DNA from: an uncultured delta proteobacterium
GTDB lineage: Bacteria > Desulfobacterota > Binatia > JACPRU01
Assembly (NCBI GenBank): GCA_963745025.1
Contig: CAVUWD010000012.1
Location: forward strand, 52,961 to 116,960
Length of the DNA stretch: 64,000 bases
Direction of reading: 5' to 3'
The first letter of the stretch is position 1, and every line of letters starts with the position of its first letter. Position numbers and translations under genes: made by a program. Positions 48,868 through 58,583 of this stretch are shown one piece after another. The notes beneath the pieces are model-generated. The model did not search any database. It worked only from the letters and a program-made list of their open reading frames with translations, and was not told the origin of the DNA.

Positions 48868-49758
48868 TCAGACCTTGCCCTCGGTCTTCATCTGCCGGTA
48901 CTTCTCCTTCGCCTGGATCCAATGCTCGTAGGCCTCGCCCTCGAGGAACGGCTGCTCCTTAGTGAAGATCCGCCGCTTCCAGCCATCGTCGTCACTCCAC
49001 ACGTAGGGCGTCACCAGCGTCGGCGCGGGAGCTTCCGCGGTCTCGAGCAGCCGGAGCCCGGTCTCGACGATCTCGCGCTGCATCGCGGCGTCGAACGGCC
49101 TGCCGCACGGGTTGCCGAGCGGGAAATCGGTAAAGACGAAGCGCGGCACGCCCACGGACTCGACGATATCCCGGGCGCATCCCAAGACTACCGTGGGAAT
49201 TCCGTTGGCCTCGAGATGCCTGGCGACCAGACTCACGGTCTGGTGACAGACCGGTCAAACCGGGGTCAGCAGGACGACGTCGACGCCGTCCTCGCGGCAA
49301 CGTTTGAGCACCTCCGGCGCGTCGCGCTCCATCGTGACGCGCTGGCTGTAGGACGTGTAGACGCCGTGAAGGCGCGCAGCCGTGCTGCCAATTCGCCCCC
49401 GGGCCGCCATCTCGCGAAGCCGCGTGACCGGGCAGTACGCGTTGACATCGTCGAGGGTCGTCGCGTGCTGGTCGTAGTGCTCGCTGCGGCTGTAGAGCCG
49501 CTCGGGCGCGACATCGACCGGGATCGAGTAAACGTTGCCGATCAGCGTCGCCGCATCGCCGCGCCCGCGCTCGCCGGTCTCCGATAGGACCGCGACATCG
49601 CTGGTCGTGACCAGCCCGACGCGGCACTCGGCGAGCGGCCTTCGCAGGCGCGTGAACGGCACATCCTCGAAATGCGCCCACTTGTACGGCTTCGCGTATC
49701 CCTCGGCGAGATAATACTCACGCGTCCTTTCAATATAACGAACGGAATCGTCGCCCAT
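48868..49758 (-). CDS. Selenoprotein, glycine/sarcosine/betaine reductase B / D-proline reductase PrdB-like (296 aa, Sec at 49255-49257)
   Basis: Track ORFs 49255..49758 and 48868..49236 are in one frame, joined by a single TGA: DVVLLTPV-U-PVCHQTVSLVARHLEANGIPTV; also FPLGNPCG. Confidence 0.9.
49226..49244 (-). promoter_or_regulatory. Candidate bacterial SECIS hairpin
   Basis: ACCAGAC-CGTGA-GTCTGGT: 7-bp stem with a G-containing loop, separated from the UGA by 10 nt. Confidence 0.65.
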
Positions 49759-50114
49759 CGTCGTGAGTCCTCAAGAAGGTCAGGGACGTCCTCAAAGTCT
49801 CCCGTCCTTCCTCCGGATACAGTAACACCACCCGAGAGACAATGAGAGACAATTGCGCAGCGAAGCCGTCCGATCCATGTGGGCATCGGGAAGCGTGCCG
49901 AGCCCGGGCCCGGCTGGGAGGCGTAGCGAGATCCCGGAAAAGGGAGTGTCCATCCGCTTCCCTCCGCAAGCGTCGCGCCGGAAAAGACGGATCGAACAAC
50001 GTCGAGCTGCCTCTCCCGGATACACGACCGCTTCATTCGGAACCATTGCGACACTCTATATCTGTAGGATCCCTACCGCTCTGAATGGCATCTTTCTTGC
50101 GTCCCTAAGAATCA

Positions 50115-52988
50115 ATGTCTGATTCCAAACCGCCGCCGACGGGAAACACATCTACGAACGATCGGTACTGGAAATGGGACCGCTGCCGCTGGGGCAGCCA
50201 CCGGGTCAGTTGCTACCCGGGGAATTGCCCGTACCGTGTCTACGCAGAGGACGGGCGAGTGATCCGCGAGGAGATCTCCTGCAGCTATCCGGAGTTCTCC
50301 GATCCGAGCCTCCGTGTCCCCGATTACAACCCGCGGGGCTGCCAGAAGGGGGCGCAGCACTCGAGGTCGATGTATGGGCCGGACCGCGTCCTTTACCCGA
50401 TGAAGCGGGTCGGCGAGCGCGGTGGCGGGCGCTGGCAGCGGATCAAATGGGCGGAGGCCTTCGACGAGATCGGCGCGCGGCTCGCCGACGTCATCATGAC
50501 GCACGGCCCACAGGCCTTTCTCGACGACCATGGCAACAACGGCATCGGCTTCGTCCGTGGCGGATCGGAGGCCACCGGCCCGGCTCTCGCAGGCCTCCTC
50601 GGCGGGGTCAGCTTCGACATGAACTTCATGGTCGGCGACTTCCCGGTCGGCCAGTACTTGACGTTCGGCCAGATCGGCCACTCGCCGGGGATCGAGACAT
50701 GGTTCCTGCCGGACACCATCGTGCTCCTCTCGAACCCCGTGTACTCCAACATCCCCGACGTCCACTACTTCCTCGAAGCGCGCTACCGTGGAGCGAAGCT
50801 CGTGGTCATCGCTCCGGACAAGAGCCCGACGGCGCAGTTCGCCGACTGCTGGGTGCCGATCGATTGGTCCGCCGATCCCGCCTTCTGGCTCGGCGTCTGC
50901 CGAATCCTGATCGACAAAGGATGGGTCGACCGGGAGTTCGCGAAGGAGCAGACCGATCTGCCGATCCTCGTGAGGCAGGATACCCGGCAGTACCTCCGTG
51001 AGTCCGACCTCCGCGACGGTGGCGATCCGGAACTCTTCCTCGCGATCGATTCCGCCGCCGGCTCTCCGACGCCGTTGCCGAAGGACACGCTCGAAGTGCC
51101 GTTCGACTGCGCCCTCGAGGGTACGTGGACGGTCCGCTTGAAGGAGGGGCGCGACGTCGCGGTGACGACGGTCTACACGGCGCTGAAGAACCGCGTCGCC
51201 GAGTACACGCCGGAGCGCGTGCACGAGCTGGCCGGGGTTCACCCCGACATGCTGCAGGCGGTCGCCGAGCTTTGCCGACCGCCACGGAAGGTCTTCGTCT
51301 TCGCGAACTGGATCGGCGGGAAGCTCTACCACGGCGATCTGATCGAGCGCAGCTACTGCTACATGCTCGCCCTGACCGGCAACTTCGGCAAACCGGGAGC
51401 CGGCACGCGAGGCTTCGCCGCGGGCGTCGAGATGCCCGCGGCAATGTCGGTCGTGACCGGAATGCCGAAGCCCGTGCTCGAGTCGGAGAATCCGATCGCC
51501 GAGAGCGCGAACATGTTTCAAATGCTGCTCGACGACTACCGCGACCGCGTCAAGATGGACTCCACGATGCCGCCGTACGAAATGGCGAGCGGCGGCCTCC
51601 GCGAGGCGCTGCGGGGCGGCGCGACGCTCGCCCCGCCGATCTTCCTCTGGTACCACCATGCCGGCTACCGTGACGTGTGGGACCGGCATCTCGAGGACCC
51701 GAACGCCCGCAGGAAGATCAGCGAGTACGCCGACGAGGCGATCCGGCAGGGTTGGTGGAAGGGGTTCGAGCGCCCGGCGAAAGCCGTCACTCCGCGCGCC
51801 CTCTACGTCACGGGCGGCAACCCGCTTCGCCGCCACCGAGGCGGCATGAACACATACTTCAAGACGATGTGGCCGAAGCTCGATCTCATCATCGTCGTCG
51901 AGCCGCGCTGGAGCACCACGGCGCTCTTCGCCGATTACGTGCTGCCCGCCGCCTCCCACTACGAGTACGCCGACACGTCCGTCTCTTCGCCGCACAACAG
52001 GTTCGTGGTTCTCACCGACCAGACGGTGCCGATGCGCGGCGAATCGAAGTCCGACCGACAGATCGTCCTCGGCATCGTGAGAAGCGTCGAGCGGCATCTG
52101 AAGGAGCGCGGGATCGAGCGTTACCCGGTGGAGCCGGGCGGACGCGAGATCGTGGTCGACGAGCTCTATTGGCGAGCCACGTACGGCGGGCATTACGGGG
52201 ACTCGAACGAAGACGAGGAGCGCCTCGTCGACGACGTCTACCACACCCTCTCCGATCTCGGCTGGGTGACGAGCGTCGACGAGGGCGCGGTCGGTCTCGA
52301 GAACCTCCGCAGGCACGGGAAGGCCTGGCTGAGCGGCCGTCCGCCCTTCAACGCGATGGTCGCCCAAGGGAGCGACCTCGTCCCCGGTGAGATCCACTAT
52401 GCGTTTCGAGATCAGGTGGAGCGGAAGGTCCCGTATTCGACGACCACTCGCCGCATCCAGTTCTACGTCGATCACCCGTGGTTCATCGAGGCCGACGAGC
52501 ACCTGGTGCGCTACAAGGAGCCGCCGTACATCGCGGGACGGCATCCGCAGCGCCTCACGAGCGGTCACCTCCGCTGGAGCATCCACGCGAACTGGGTGAC
52601 TTCTGAGGAGATGCTGAAGCTCCACCGCGGCGAGCCGTTCGCGTTCATCAACGACCGCGTCGCGCGCGAGAAAGGCATCGGGGATCACGACTACGTTCGC
52701 GTGTTCAACGACTACGGAAGCTTCTTCGTCCGTGCGAAGCTGAGCCCTTGCGTGCGCCCCGACCAGCTCGTGATCTACCACGCGTGGGAGCCGTACCAGT
52801 ACCCAGGCTGGACGTCTTACGACACGCTCCTGCCCGGCCCGCCGAAGGGGATTCACTTCGCCGGCGGTTATCGCCACTTCGAATACACGCTCTGGAACTG
52901 GGCGCCGTCGCAGTCGGATCGGCAGACGAACGTCTCGTTCGAGCGGGCGGACCCCGACCTTCCGGGAGAGGCGCTCCCGGGTTCTTGA
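50115..52988 (+). CDS. DMSO reductase family type II molybdoenzyme alpha subunit (ethylbenzene / steroid C25 dehydrogenase-like), no Tat signal
   Basis: WKWD..WGSHRVSCYPGNC...DYNPRGCQKG (His/Cys FS0 ligands), Asp ligand motif GDFPVGQYLTFG, KLYHGDLIERS, SGHLRWSIH. Confidence 0.9.
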   Translation: MSDSKPPPTGNTSTNDRYWKWDRCRWGSHRVSCYPGNCPYRVYAEDGRVIREEISCSYPEFSDPSLRVPDYNPRGCQKGAQHSRSMYGPDRVLYPMKRVGERGGGRWQRIKWAEAFDEIGARLADVIMTHGPQAFLDDHGNNGIGFVRGGSEATGPALAGLLGGVSFDMNFMVGDFPVGQYLTFGQIGHSPGIETWFLPDTIVLLSNPVYSNIPDVHYFLEARYRGAKLVVIAPDKSPTAQFADCWVPIDWSADPAFWLGVCRILIDKGWVDREFAKEQTDLPILVRQDTRQYLRESDLRDGGDPELFLAIDSAAGSPTPLPKDTLEVPFDCALEGTWTVRLKEGRDVAVTTVYTALKNRVAEYTPERVHELAGVHPDMLQAVAELCRPPRKVFVFANWIGGKLYHGDLIERSYCYMLALTGNFGKPGAGTRGFAAGVEMPAAMSVVTGMPKPVLESENPIAESANMFQMLLDDYRDRVKMDSTMPPYEMASGGLREALRGGATLAPPIFLWYHHAGYRDVWDRHLEDPNARRKISEYADEAIRQGWWKGFERPAKAVTPRALYVTGGNPLRRHRGGMNTYFKTMWPKLDLIIVVEPRWSTTALFADYVLPAASHYEYADTSVSSPHNRFVVLTDQTVPMRGESKSDRQIVLGIVRSVERHLKERGIERYPVEPGGREIVVDELYWRATYGGHYGDSNEDEERLVDDVYHTLSDLGWVTSVDEGAVGLENLRRHGKAWLSGRPPFNAMVAQGSDLVPGEIHYAFRDQVERKVPYSTTTRRIQFYVDHPWFIEADEHLVRYKEPPYIAGRHPQRLTSGHLRWSIHANWVTSEEMLKLHRGEPFAFINDRVAREKGIGDHDYVRVFNDYGSFFVRAKLSPCVRPDQLVIYHAWEPYQYPGWTSYDTLLPGPPKGIHFAGGYRHFEYTLWNWAPSQSDRQTNVSFERADPDLPGEALPGS

Positions 52989-53324
52989 GCGTTGGCATTC
53001 GCCCATTGCCCGGGAATGATCGCTCGCGGCGATTCGCACGCGACGGTCCGTGAGCTCCGCCGGCCGATCGCCGCGGCCGCGTCGCCGACCGCATCACGCG
53101 GGCGGTGCGCGACGCCGGCACGTGAGGGCCGCGCCCGGGTTGCTCCGCCCGGCTACTCCGCGGATCACGATTATGACGGCGGGCTTCGAGGCTTGACCGG
53201 TCGTTTCATATCAGGCCGAGTCGCAGGTGAGCGGCCGACGAACGTGGTAAGAGGGCTTCCGAAGGGCGGCGCCGACGCCTAGCTTCGGGATGCCCGGCCC
53301 GACGTGAACGGAGGAGGTTTGCAG

Positions 53325-55877
53325 GTGGACGCAAAGGTGAGCGGTCTCGCCAGGCCCGCTCCGGGTGGCGCACGCACGGGTCTCAACGTCGACGATCTGC
53401 GGCGCGACTTTCTCGACAACCTCTTCTTCCTGCAAGCGCGGTTTCCAGCCGTCGCCACTGCGAACGACAACTACATGGCGCTCGCCTACACGGTGCGCGA
53501 CCGATTGCTCGCGCGCTGGATCAACACCGTCCAGACCTACTACCGCAAAGCGAGCCGCACGGTCTGCTACTTCTCGGCCGAGTACCTGCCGGGGCCCCAG
53601 CTCGGAGCCAACCTCGTCAACCTCGGCATCTTCGAGGAGGCACGCGAGGCGGTGGCGTCGTGCGGACTCGATCTCGAGGATCTGCTTGCGCAGGAGGAGG
53701 AACCGGGCCTCGGAAACGGTGGCCTCGGGCGCCTCGCCGCGTGCTTCATGGATTCTCTGGCCACGCTCGAGATCCCCGCGATCGGCTACGGGATCCGTTA
53801 CGAGTTCGGCATCTTCGATCAGCAGATTCGCGACGGCTGGCAGGTCGAAGCCACCGACAAGTGGCTCCGGCTCGGAAACCCCTGGGAAGTGGCGCGGCCC
53901 GAGATCGCCTTCGACGTCGGCTTCGGGGGCCACACCGAAGCGTACCACGACCCAAACGGCCGCTACCGGGTGCGTTGGCTTCCGGAGACCGTGGTCAAGG
54001 GGATCGCCTTCGATACCCCGGTCCTCGGCTACCGGGTGGGCACGGCGAGCTTTCTGCGCCTGTGGAAATCGGAGGCGGTCGAATCGTTCGACTTCCAGTC
54101 CTTCAACGTCGGCGACTACTACGGGGCCGTGGACGAGAAGGTTCGTTCGGAGAACCTGACCAAGGTGCTCTATCCGAACGACGAGCCGGCCGCCGGGAAG
54201 CAGCTTCGCCTCGAGCAACAGTACCTCTTCGTCTCCTGCTCGCTCCGCGACATGATCCGCATCCACCTTCAGCGTGCACCGGACGTCGGCGGCCTTGCCT
54301 CGAAATACGCCGTGCAGCTGAACGACACCCACCCGGCGATCGCCGTGGCGGAGCTCATGCGGGTTCTCGTCGACGAACACAACATGGAGTGGGCCCCGGC
54401 GTGGGAGCTCACCCGCGCGATGCTCGCCTACACCAACCACACGCTGCTGCCGGAGGCGCTCGAAAAATGGCCCCTGGCCTTGTTCGCGCGCCTGCTGCCG
54501 CGCCATCTCGAGATCATCTACGAGATCAACCGCCGATTTCTCGAAGAGGTGCGCACCCGCTATCCGCAAGACGCCGCGCGCCTGAGGAGGCTCTCGCTCA
54601 TCGACGAAGACGGCGAGCGCTACGTGCGCATGGCGCATCTCGCTTGCGTCGGCAGCCATCGCGTGAACGGCGTGGCGCGCTTGCACAGCGATCTCCTCAC
54701 CCGCGAAGTGCTGCGCGACTTCCACGAGCTGTGGCCAAGCAAGTTCACCAACGTGACGAACGGAGTGACACCGCGACGATTCATGGCGCTCTTCAACCCG
54801 GGGCTCGCTCGCCTGATCACGGAGCACATCGGCGAGGGTTGGCTGACCGATCTCGAGCGGCTGAGGGCTCTCGAGCCCCTCGCCGAGGATTCGGCCTTTC
54901 GCACGGCGTGGCGCGCGGCGAAGCTGCGCGTGAAAACCGATCTCGCCGCGCATCTGCGCGCGCGCACGGGCGTCGTCGCCGACCCGGGCTTTCTCTTCGA
55001 CGTGCAGGTGAAGCGGATCCACGAGTACAAGCGCCAGCACTTGAACGTGCTGCACGTGGTGAGCCGCTATCTCCGGCTCAAGCGCGATCCCGGCCTCGAC
55101 CTCGTCCCGCGGATGGTTCTGTTCGCGGGAAAGGCGGCGCCGGGGTATTTCATGGCGAAGCTCATCATCAAGCTCATCCACTGCGTCGCGGAGGTCGTGA
55201 ATGGGGACCCCGAGGTCGCCCGGCGGCTGCGCGTGGCGTTTCTTCCGGACCTCAGCGTCAAGAACGGGCAACGCGTCTATCCGGCCGCCGATCTCTCGGA
55301 GCAGATCTCGACGGCCGGGAAGGAGGCGTCGGGTACCGGCAACATGAAGCTCTCGCTCAACGGCGCCCTCACGATCGGCACCTTGGACGGCGCAAACGTG
55401 GAGATCCGCGAGGCGGTCGGCGCCGAGAACTTCTTTCTCTTCGGCCTCACGGCCGAGCAGGCGGCGAAGCTCCGGGCGGAAGGCTACAGGCCCTTCGACG
55501 TCTACCGCAGCGACCCACTTCTGAAGGATGCTCTCGACCTGATCGCCTCGGGACGGTTCTCGCGCGGCGACGCTTCGCTCTTCCGGCCGCTCGTAGACTC
55601 GCTGCTCGGCGACGATCCCTACCTGGTGCTCGCCGACTTCGCGGCGTACGTCGACTGTCAATCCAGCGTCGACGCCGCCTACCGTGATACCGACCGCTGG
55701 ACGCGCACGTCGATCCTGAACGTGGCGCGCATGGGGCGCTTCTCCTCCGACCGGGCGATCCGGGAGTACTGCCGCGACGTCTGGAGGGTGGAGCCGGTTC
55801 CGGTCGAGCTGCCGGATCTCCCGGGGGCGGGCGGAGCGACGAGCCGTGACGGGCTCGACCTCGCTTCGCCCAGGTGA
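53325..55877 (+). CDS. glgP: Glycogen/alpha-glucan phosphorylase
   Basis: GLGNGGLGRLAAC, QLNDTHP, YTNHT, KRIHEYKRQ, EASGTGNMK; GGAGG RBS before GTG 53325. Confidence 0.96.
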   Translation: MDAKVSGLARPAPGGARTGLNVDDLRRDFLDNLFFLQARFPAVATANDNYMALAYTVRDRLLARWINTVQTYYRKASRTVCYFSAEYLPGPQLGANLVNLGIFEEAREAVASCGLDLEDLLAQEEEPGLGNGGLGRLAACFMDSLATLEIPAIGYGIRYEFGIFDQQIRDGWQVEATDKWLRLGNPWEVARPEIAFDVGFGGHTEAYHDPNGRYRVRWLPETVVKGIAFDTPVLGYRVGTASFLRLWKSEAVESFDFQSFNVGDYYGAVDEKVRSENLTKVLYPNDEPAAGKQLRLEQQYLFVSCSLRDMIRIHLQRAPDVGGLASKYAVQLNDTHPAIAVAELMRVLVDEHNMEWAPAWELTRAMLAYTNHTLLPEALEKWPLALFARLLPRHLEIIYEINRRFLEEVRTRYPQDAARLRRLSLIDEDGERYVRMAHLACVGSHRVNGVARLHSDLLTREVLRDFHELWPSKFTNVTNGVTPRRFMALFNPGLARLITEHIGEGWLTDLERLRALEPLAEDSAFRTAWRAAKLRVKTDLAAHLRARTGVVADPGFLFDVQVKRIHEYKRQHLNVLHVVSRYLRLKRDPGLDLVPRMVLFAGKAAPGYFMAKLIIKLIHCVAEVVNGDPEVARRLRVAFLPDLSVKNGQRVYPAADLSEQISTAGKEASGTGNMKLSLNGALTIGTLDGANVEIREAVGAENFFLFGLTAEQAAKLRAEGYRPFDVYRSDPLLKDALDLIASGRFSRGDASLFRPLVDSLLGDDPYLVLADFAAYVDCQSSVDAAYRDTDRWTRTSILNVARMGRFSSDRAIREYCRDVWRVEPVPVELPDLPGAGGATSRDGLDLASPR

Positions 55878-56155
55878 AGCCGGGCGTTCAGGGAGCGGCG
55901 GGCGTTGCCGGGATCGTTTCTAATTCTTCCCGTGACAAAGACATGCGTTCGGGGTCGCGAATGCCGAGCGGCTCCGCTACCGGGCAGAGGACGGCCGAGA
56001 GCGGACCTATCTCGGGGACTTCGACAGCTATCTCTTGGAACAACGCCGTGTCCCCCTCTGGCCGATGAGATAAAGTCCTCGGGGTTGAGATTGGCGCCCT
56101 CGCCCGGTGCTTTTGGCTCGGACGGTACTCTGAGTCGGGCGAGGCAGCCCGGACG

Positions 56156-56680
56156 ATGAACCCCCCGGTGACGACCACGGCCGCCGACGTGCGAAGGCTT
56201 CGAACCGTCGAGCTCCTGCTTGCCGCACTCCTCCTGTGCATCGGAGTGGCACTGGGGCGGGCGGTGGCGTGGCCCTTCATCGCCTGGCCGATGTACGCAG
56301 GGCCCTTTCCGCCGCCGCCCAAGCGCGTCTCGGAAATACAGCTGCGCCTGGTCGGCCGTGACGGTCGCGTGACGAAGGTCATGCCCTACGCCATCTTCGG
56401 ACACGTCGAGATCGCTCTCGGGCGTGAGGTTGCGGCGCGCGCGTTCGAGGATCGTCCCGACCGAAGCGCTTATCGCGACGTCCTCATGCGCCGGCTACAG
56501 CCGCTGCTGTCGGCCACCGGTGCCGTCCAGGTGCAGAGCTGGCGGCTGGCGTGGCACACCCAGCCGCGCGAGCTGCCTCCTCTCGATCTCGAACGTCCTT
56601 CGACGGAATTGATGCTCGGACGCATCGATTGCACCGCAGCCCGGGACGCGGCCTCGTACCGGCAGGACGCGCCGCGATGA
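56156..56680 (+). CDS. Hypothetical membrane-anchored protein
   Basis: N-terminal TM then WPFIAWPMY; ATGA overlap with the next gene. Confidence 0.7.
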   Translation: MNPPVTTTAADVRRLRTVELLLAALLLCIGVALGRAVAWPFIAWPMYAGPFPPPPKRVSEIQLRLVGRDGRVTKVMPYAIFGHVEIALGREVAARAFEDRPDRSAYRDVLMRRLQPLLSATGAVQVQSWRLAWHTQPRELPPLDLERPSTELMLGRIDCTAARDAASYRQDAPR

Positions 56681-57888
56681 TCACCGGTCGTCTGCGCGCG
56701 CTCCACGCCTGGCTCGAACGCTGGCTCGCCTCGCCCGAACCGCGCGCGGCCGGTCGCCTAGGCCTGTTCCGCATCCTCTACGCGCTGTTCTACCTCTGGC
56801 ACCTGAGCTGGATCCACGCGGCCGACCTCGGTCGCTTGCCGGCGGCATCCTGGCACCCCGTCGGTGTGCTCCGGCTGCTCGGCGTCGAGGCGCCGAGTAT
56901 GGCTCCGGCCGTGCTCGAGCCGCTGCTCGTCGGCCTTCTGGTGCTGCTGATGATGGGGCTGCGGGTGCGCGGCGTGACGGCCGCGGTGCTGGTGATCGGC
57001 GTCCTGCTCGAGACCTTCCATCAGAGCTACGGGAAGGTCGAGCACTCGACCGTCTTTCCGGTCTTCTACATACCGCTGTTCATGACGGCGTCGACCTGGG
57101 GCGAGAGCTGGTCCTTGGACGCCCTGTTGCAACGAGGAGCGGATGGCGCCGTGGCGCGGACGGACGATGGCGGCTGGCGCAACGCCTGGCCGATCCGTGC
57201 GACCTTGTTGATGTTGGTGGCGCTGTTCGCGAGCGCGACGGTGGCGAAGTGCGTGTTCGGCGGTTGGGTGATCGGCGCGAATACGGTTCCCAATCTGCTT
57301 CTCGACAAGAACGTGGAGGCGGTTCTCAACGGGGTGCCGATCAACCCGCTCGCGCCGTTTGTCGCCGCCACGCCGCTGTTGTCGGAGGCCTGCCGCTGGG
57401 GCCTGCTGCTCTTCGAGGCGCTGTTCGTCGTCGTGATGCTCGGGGGCCACGTCCGCGACGCGTATCTCGCCCTCACGCTCGTGTTCCACGCGCTCAACGG
57501 CTTGCTGCTGGTCGTGACTTTCACGCCGATCCTGATCACGTACGCGCTGTTCGTGGACTTGCAGGGGATGGCGCAGCGGCTCGAGCCGCTGCCCGCGTGG
57601 CCGACGCGTATGCTGGAGCGGGCGCCGTCGGGGCTGCTCGTGGGGTCGGCGATTGCCGTCGCGCTCGGCGTCGCGGCTTCGTGGAACGCGACGTCCGTGC
57701 CGAGAACGTTACTGCAACTCGACGGCCACCTCGACTGGCGCACGATCTGGTATCCGGTCCTGCCGGTGGCCGTCCTGTGGTGCCTCCGCGAGTGTGCCGC
57801 CCTCGTTCGAGAGTTGCCTCGCGGCAACACCGGCAGACCTCAAGAAAAACGGGCGTTCCGTGGGAGAAGTGGGAGGGGTGGTGGTTAG
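56677..57888 (+). CDS. HTTM-like polytopic membrane protein
   Basis: RLGLFRILY, SYGKVEH, SWSLDALL, WPIR, LLFEALF, FH; about 9 TM segments. Confidence 0.7.
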   Translation: MITGRLRALHAWLERWLASPEPRAAGRLGLFRILYALFYLWHLSWIHAADLGRLPAASWHPVGVLRLLGVEAPSMAPAVLEPLLVGLLVLLMMGLRVRGVTAAVLVIGVLLETFHQSYGKVEHSTVFPVFYIPLFMTASTWGESWSLDALLQRGADGAVARTDDGGWRNAWPIRATLLMLVALFASATVAKCVFGGWVIGANTVPNLLLDKNVEAVLNGVPINPLAPFVAATPLLSEACRWGLLLFEALFVVVMLGGHVRDAYLALTLVFHALNGLLLVVTFTPILITYALFVDLQGMAQRLEPLPAWPTRMLERAPSGLLVGSAIAVALGVAASWNATSVPRTLLQLDGHLDWRTIWYPVLPVAVLWCLRECAALVRELPRGNTGRPQEKRAFRGRSGRGGG

Positions 57889-57970
57889 CGTCGGAGATCG
57901 GTCCTTACGCCAACTTCGGCCGTCGCCGATAGTCGCCAACGTCGACAACGGAGGGCGGAAAGAAGGCTCT

Positions 57971-58140
57971 CTAGCGCGCCAGGGGGGTGCCGAGCAGGCT
58001 CGCCAGCCACGGCGACAGGTCGGTGACGTGCATCTTCGACCCCAGATGGTCGATCAGCGATCCTGCGGCGATCCATATCCCATCGGGAGTGTGATCCCCC
58101 GTGCGCGGGCCGACGTACTCCTTGCGGATCGTGCTCTCAC
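57971..58140 (-). pseudogene. C-terminal remnant of an alkaline-phosphatase-superfamily (phosphodiesterase-like) gene
   Basis: RTGDHTPDGIWIAAG..VTDLSPWLASLLG-stop. Confidence 0.55.
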
Positions 58141-58148
58141 CGGGATTC

Positions 58149-58448
58149 CCCGGAAAAGGCTGCGTGATCGCAGCGCTCGGCTCGGACATCGTTCGACAGC
58201 CGAAGAGAGTCCGCGATGCGTTTACCGTCGGGTTGAAGGACTCGCTCGCATTTCTGGCAGGCTTCGTTCCGGCCCCCGATGCCTCGCATCGTAGCGAACA
58301 CGCGATCGTGGCGCTTTCTTGCATGGCCGGGGCGCTGATTCTCGCGCGCGCGGTCAACGACGAAGCGCTTTCGCGAAGGATACTCGAGACGGCTGCGAAA
58401 CCGCTGAATCGCTCCAGGAAGCGTCGTTCAGCGTTCCGTCGTTCCTGA
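58149..58448 (+). pseudogene. C-terminal remnant of a TetR-family regulator
   Basis: GCVIAALGSD..MAGALILARAVNDEALSRRIL; HTH missing. Confidence 0.65.
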
Positions 58449-58583
58449 CCAACTTCACAGTCCGGTTTTCGAATGGAAGATCGGTGGGGACGTCGTCACG
58501 ATATGCGCGGGTGAAGCGGGCGGCCCAGATGCTCGGGAAGCCCAGGAGCGCCTAACTGGCGATCCGGTCGTAGCCGAAGCGAA

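Noticed and set aside
49255-49257. Nonsense mutation splitting a pseudogene
   Set aside because: The TGA sits exactly at the family's redox U/CxxC position and is followed by a SECIS-like stem, so Sec recoding is the better explanation.
50112-55661. Long antisense ORFs (975 aa, 816 aa; similarly 3411..5729 and 39178..41184)
   Set aside because: Typical high-GC shadow frames opposite well-supported genes; no motifs.
58548-58580. GCCTAAC (and GCTAAC at 43390) as additional attC sites
   Set aside because: No L boxes, palindrome or matching GTTRRRY at a suitable distance.
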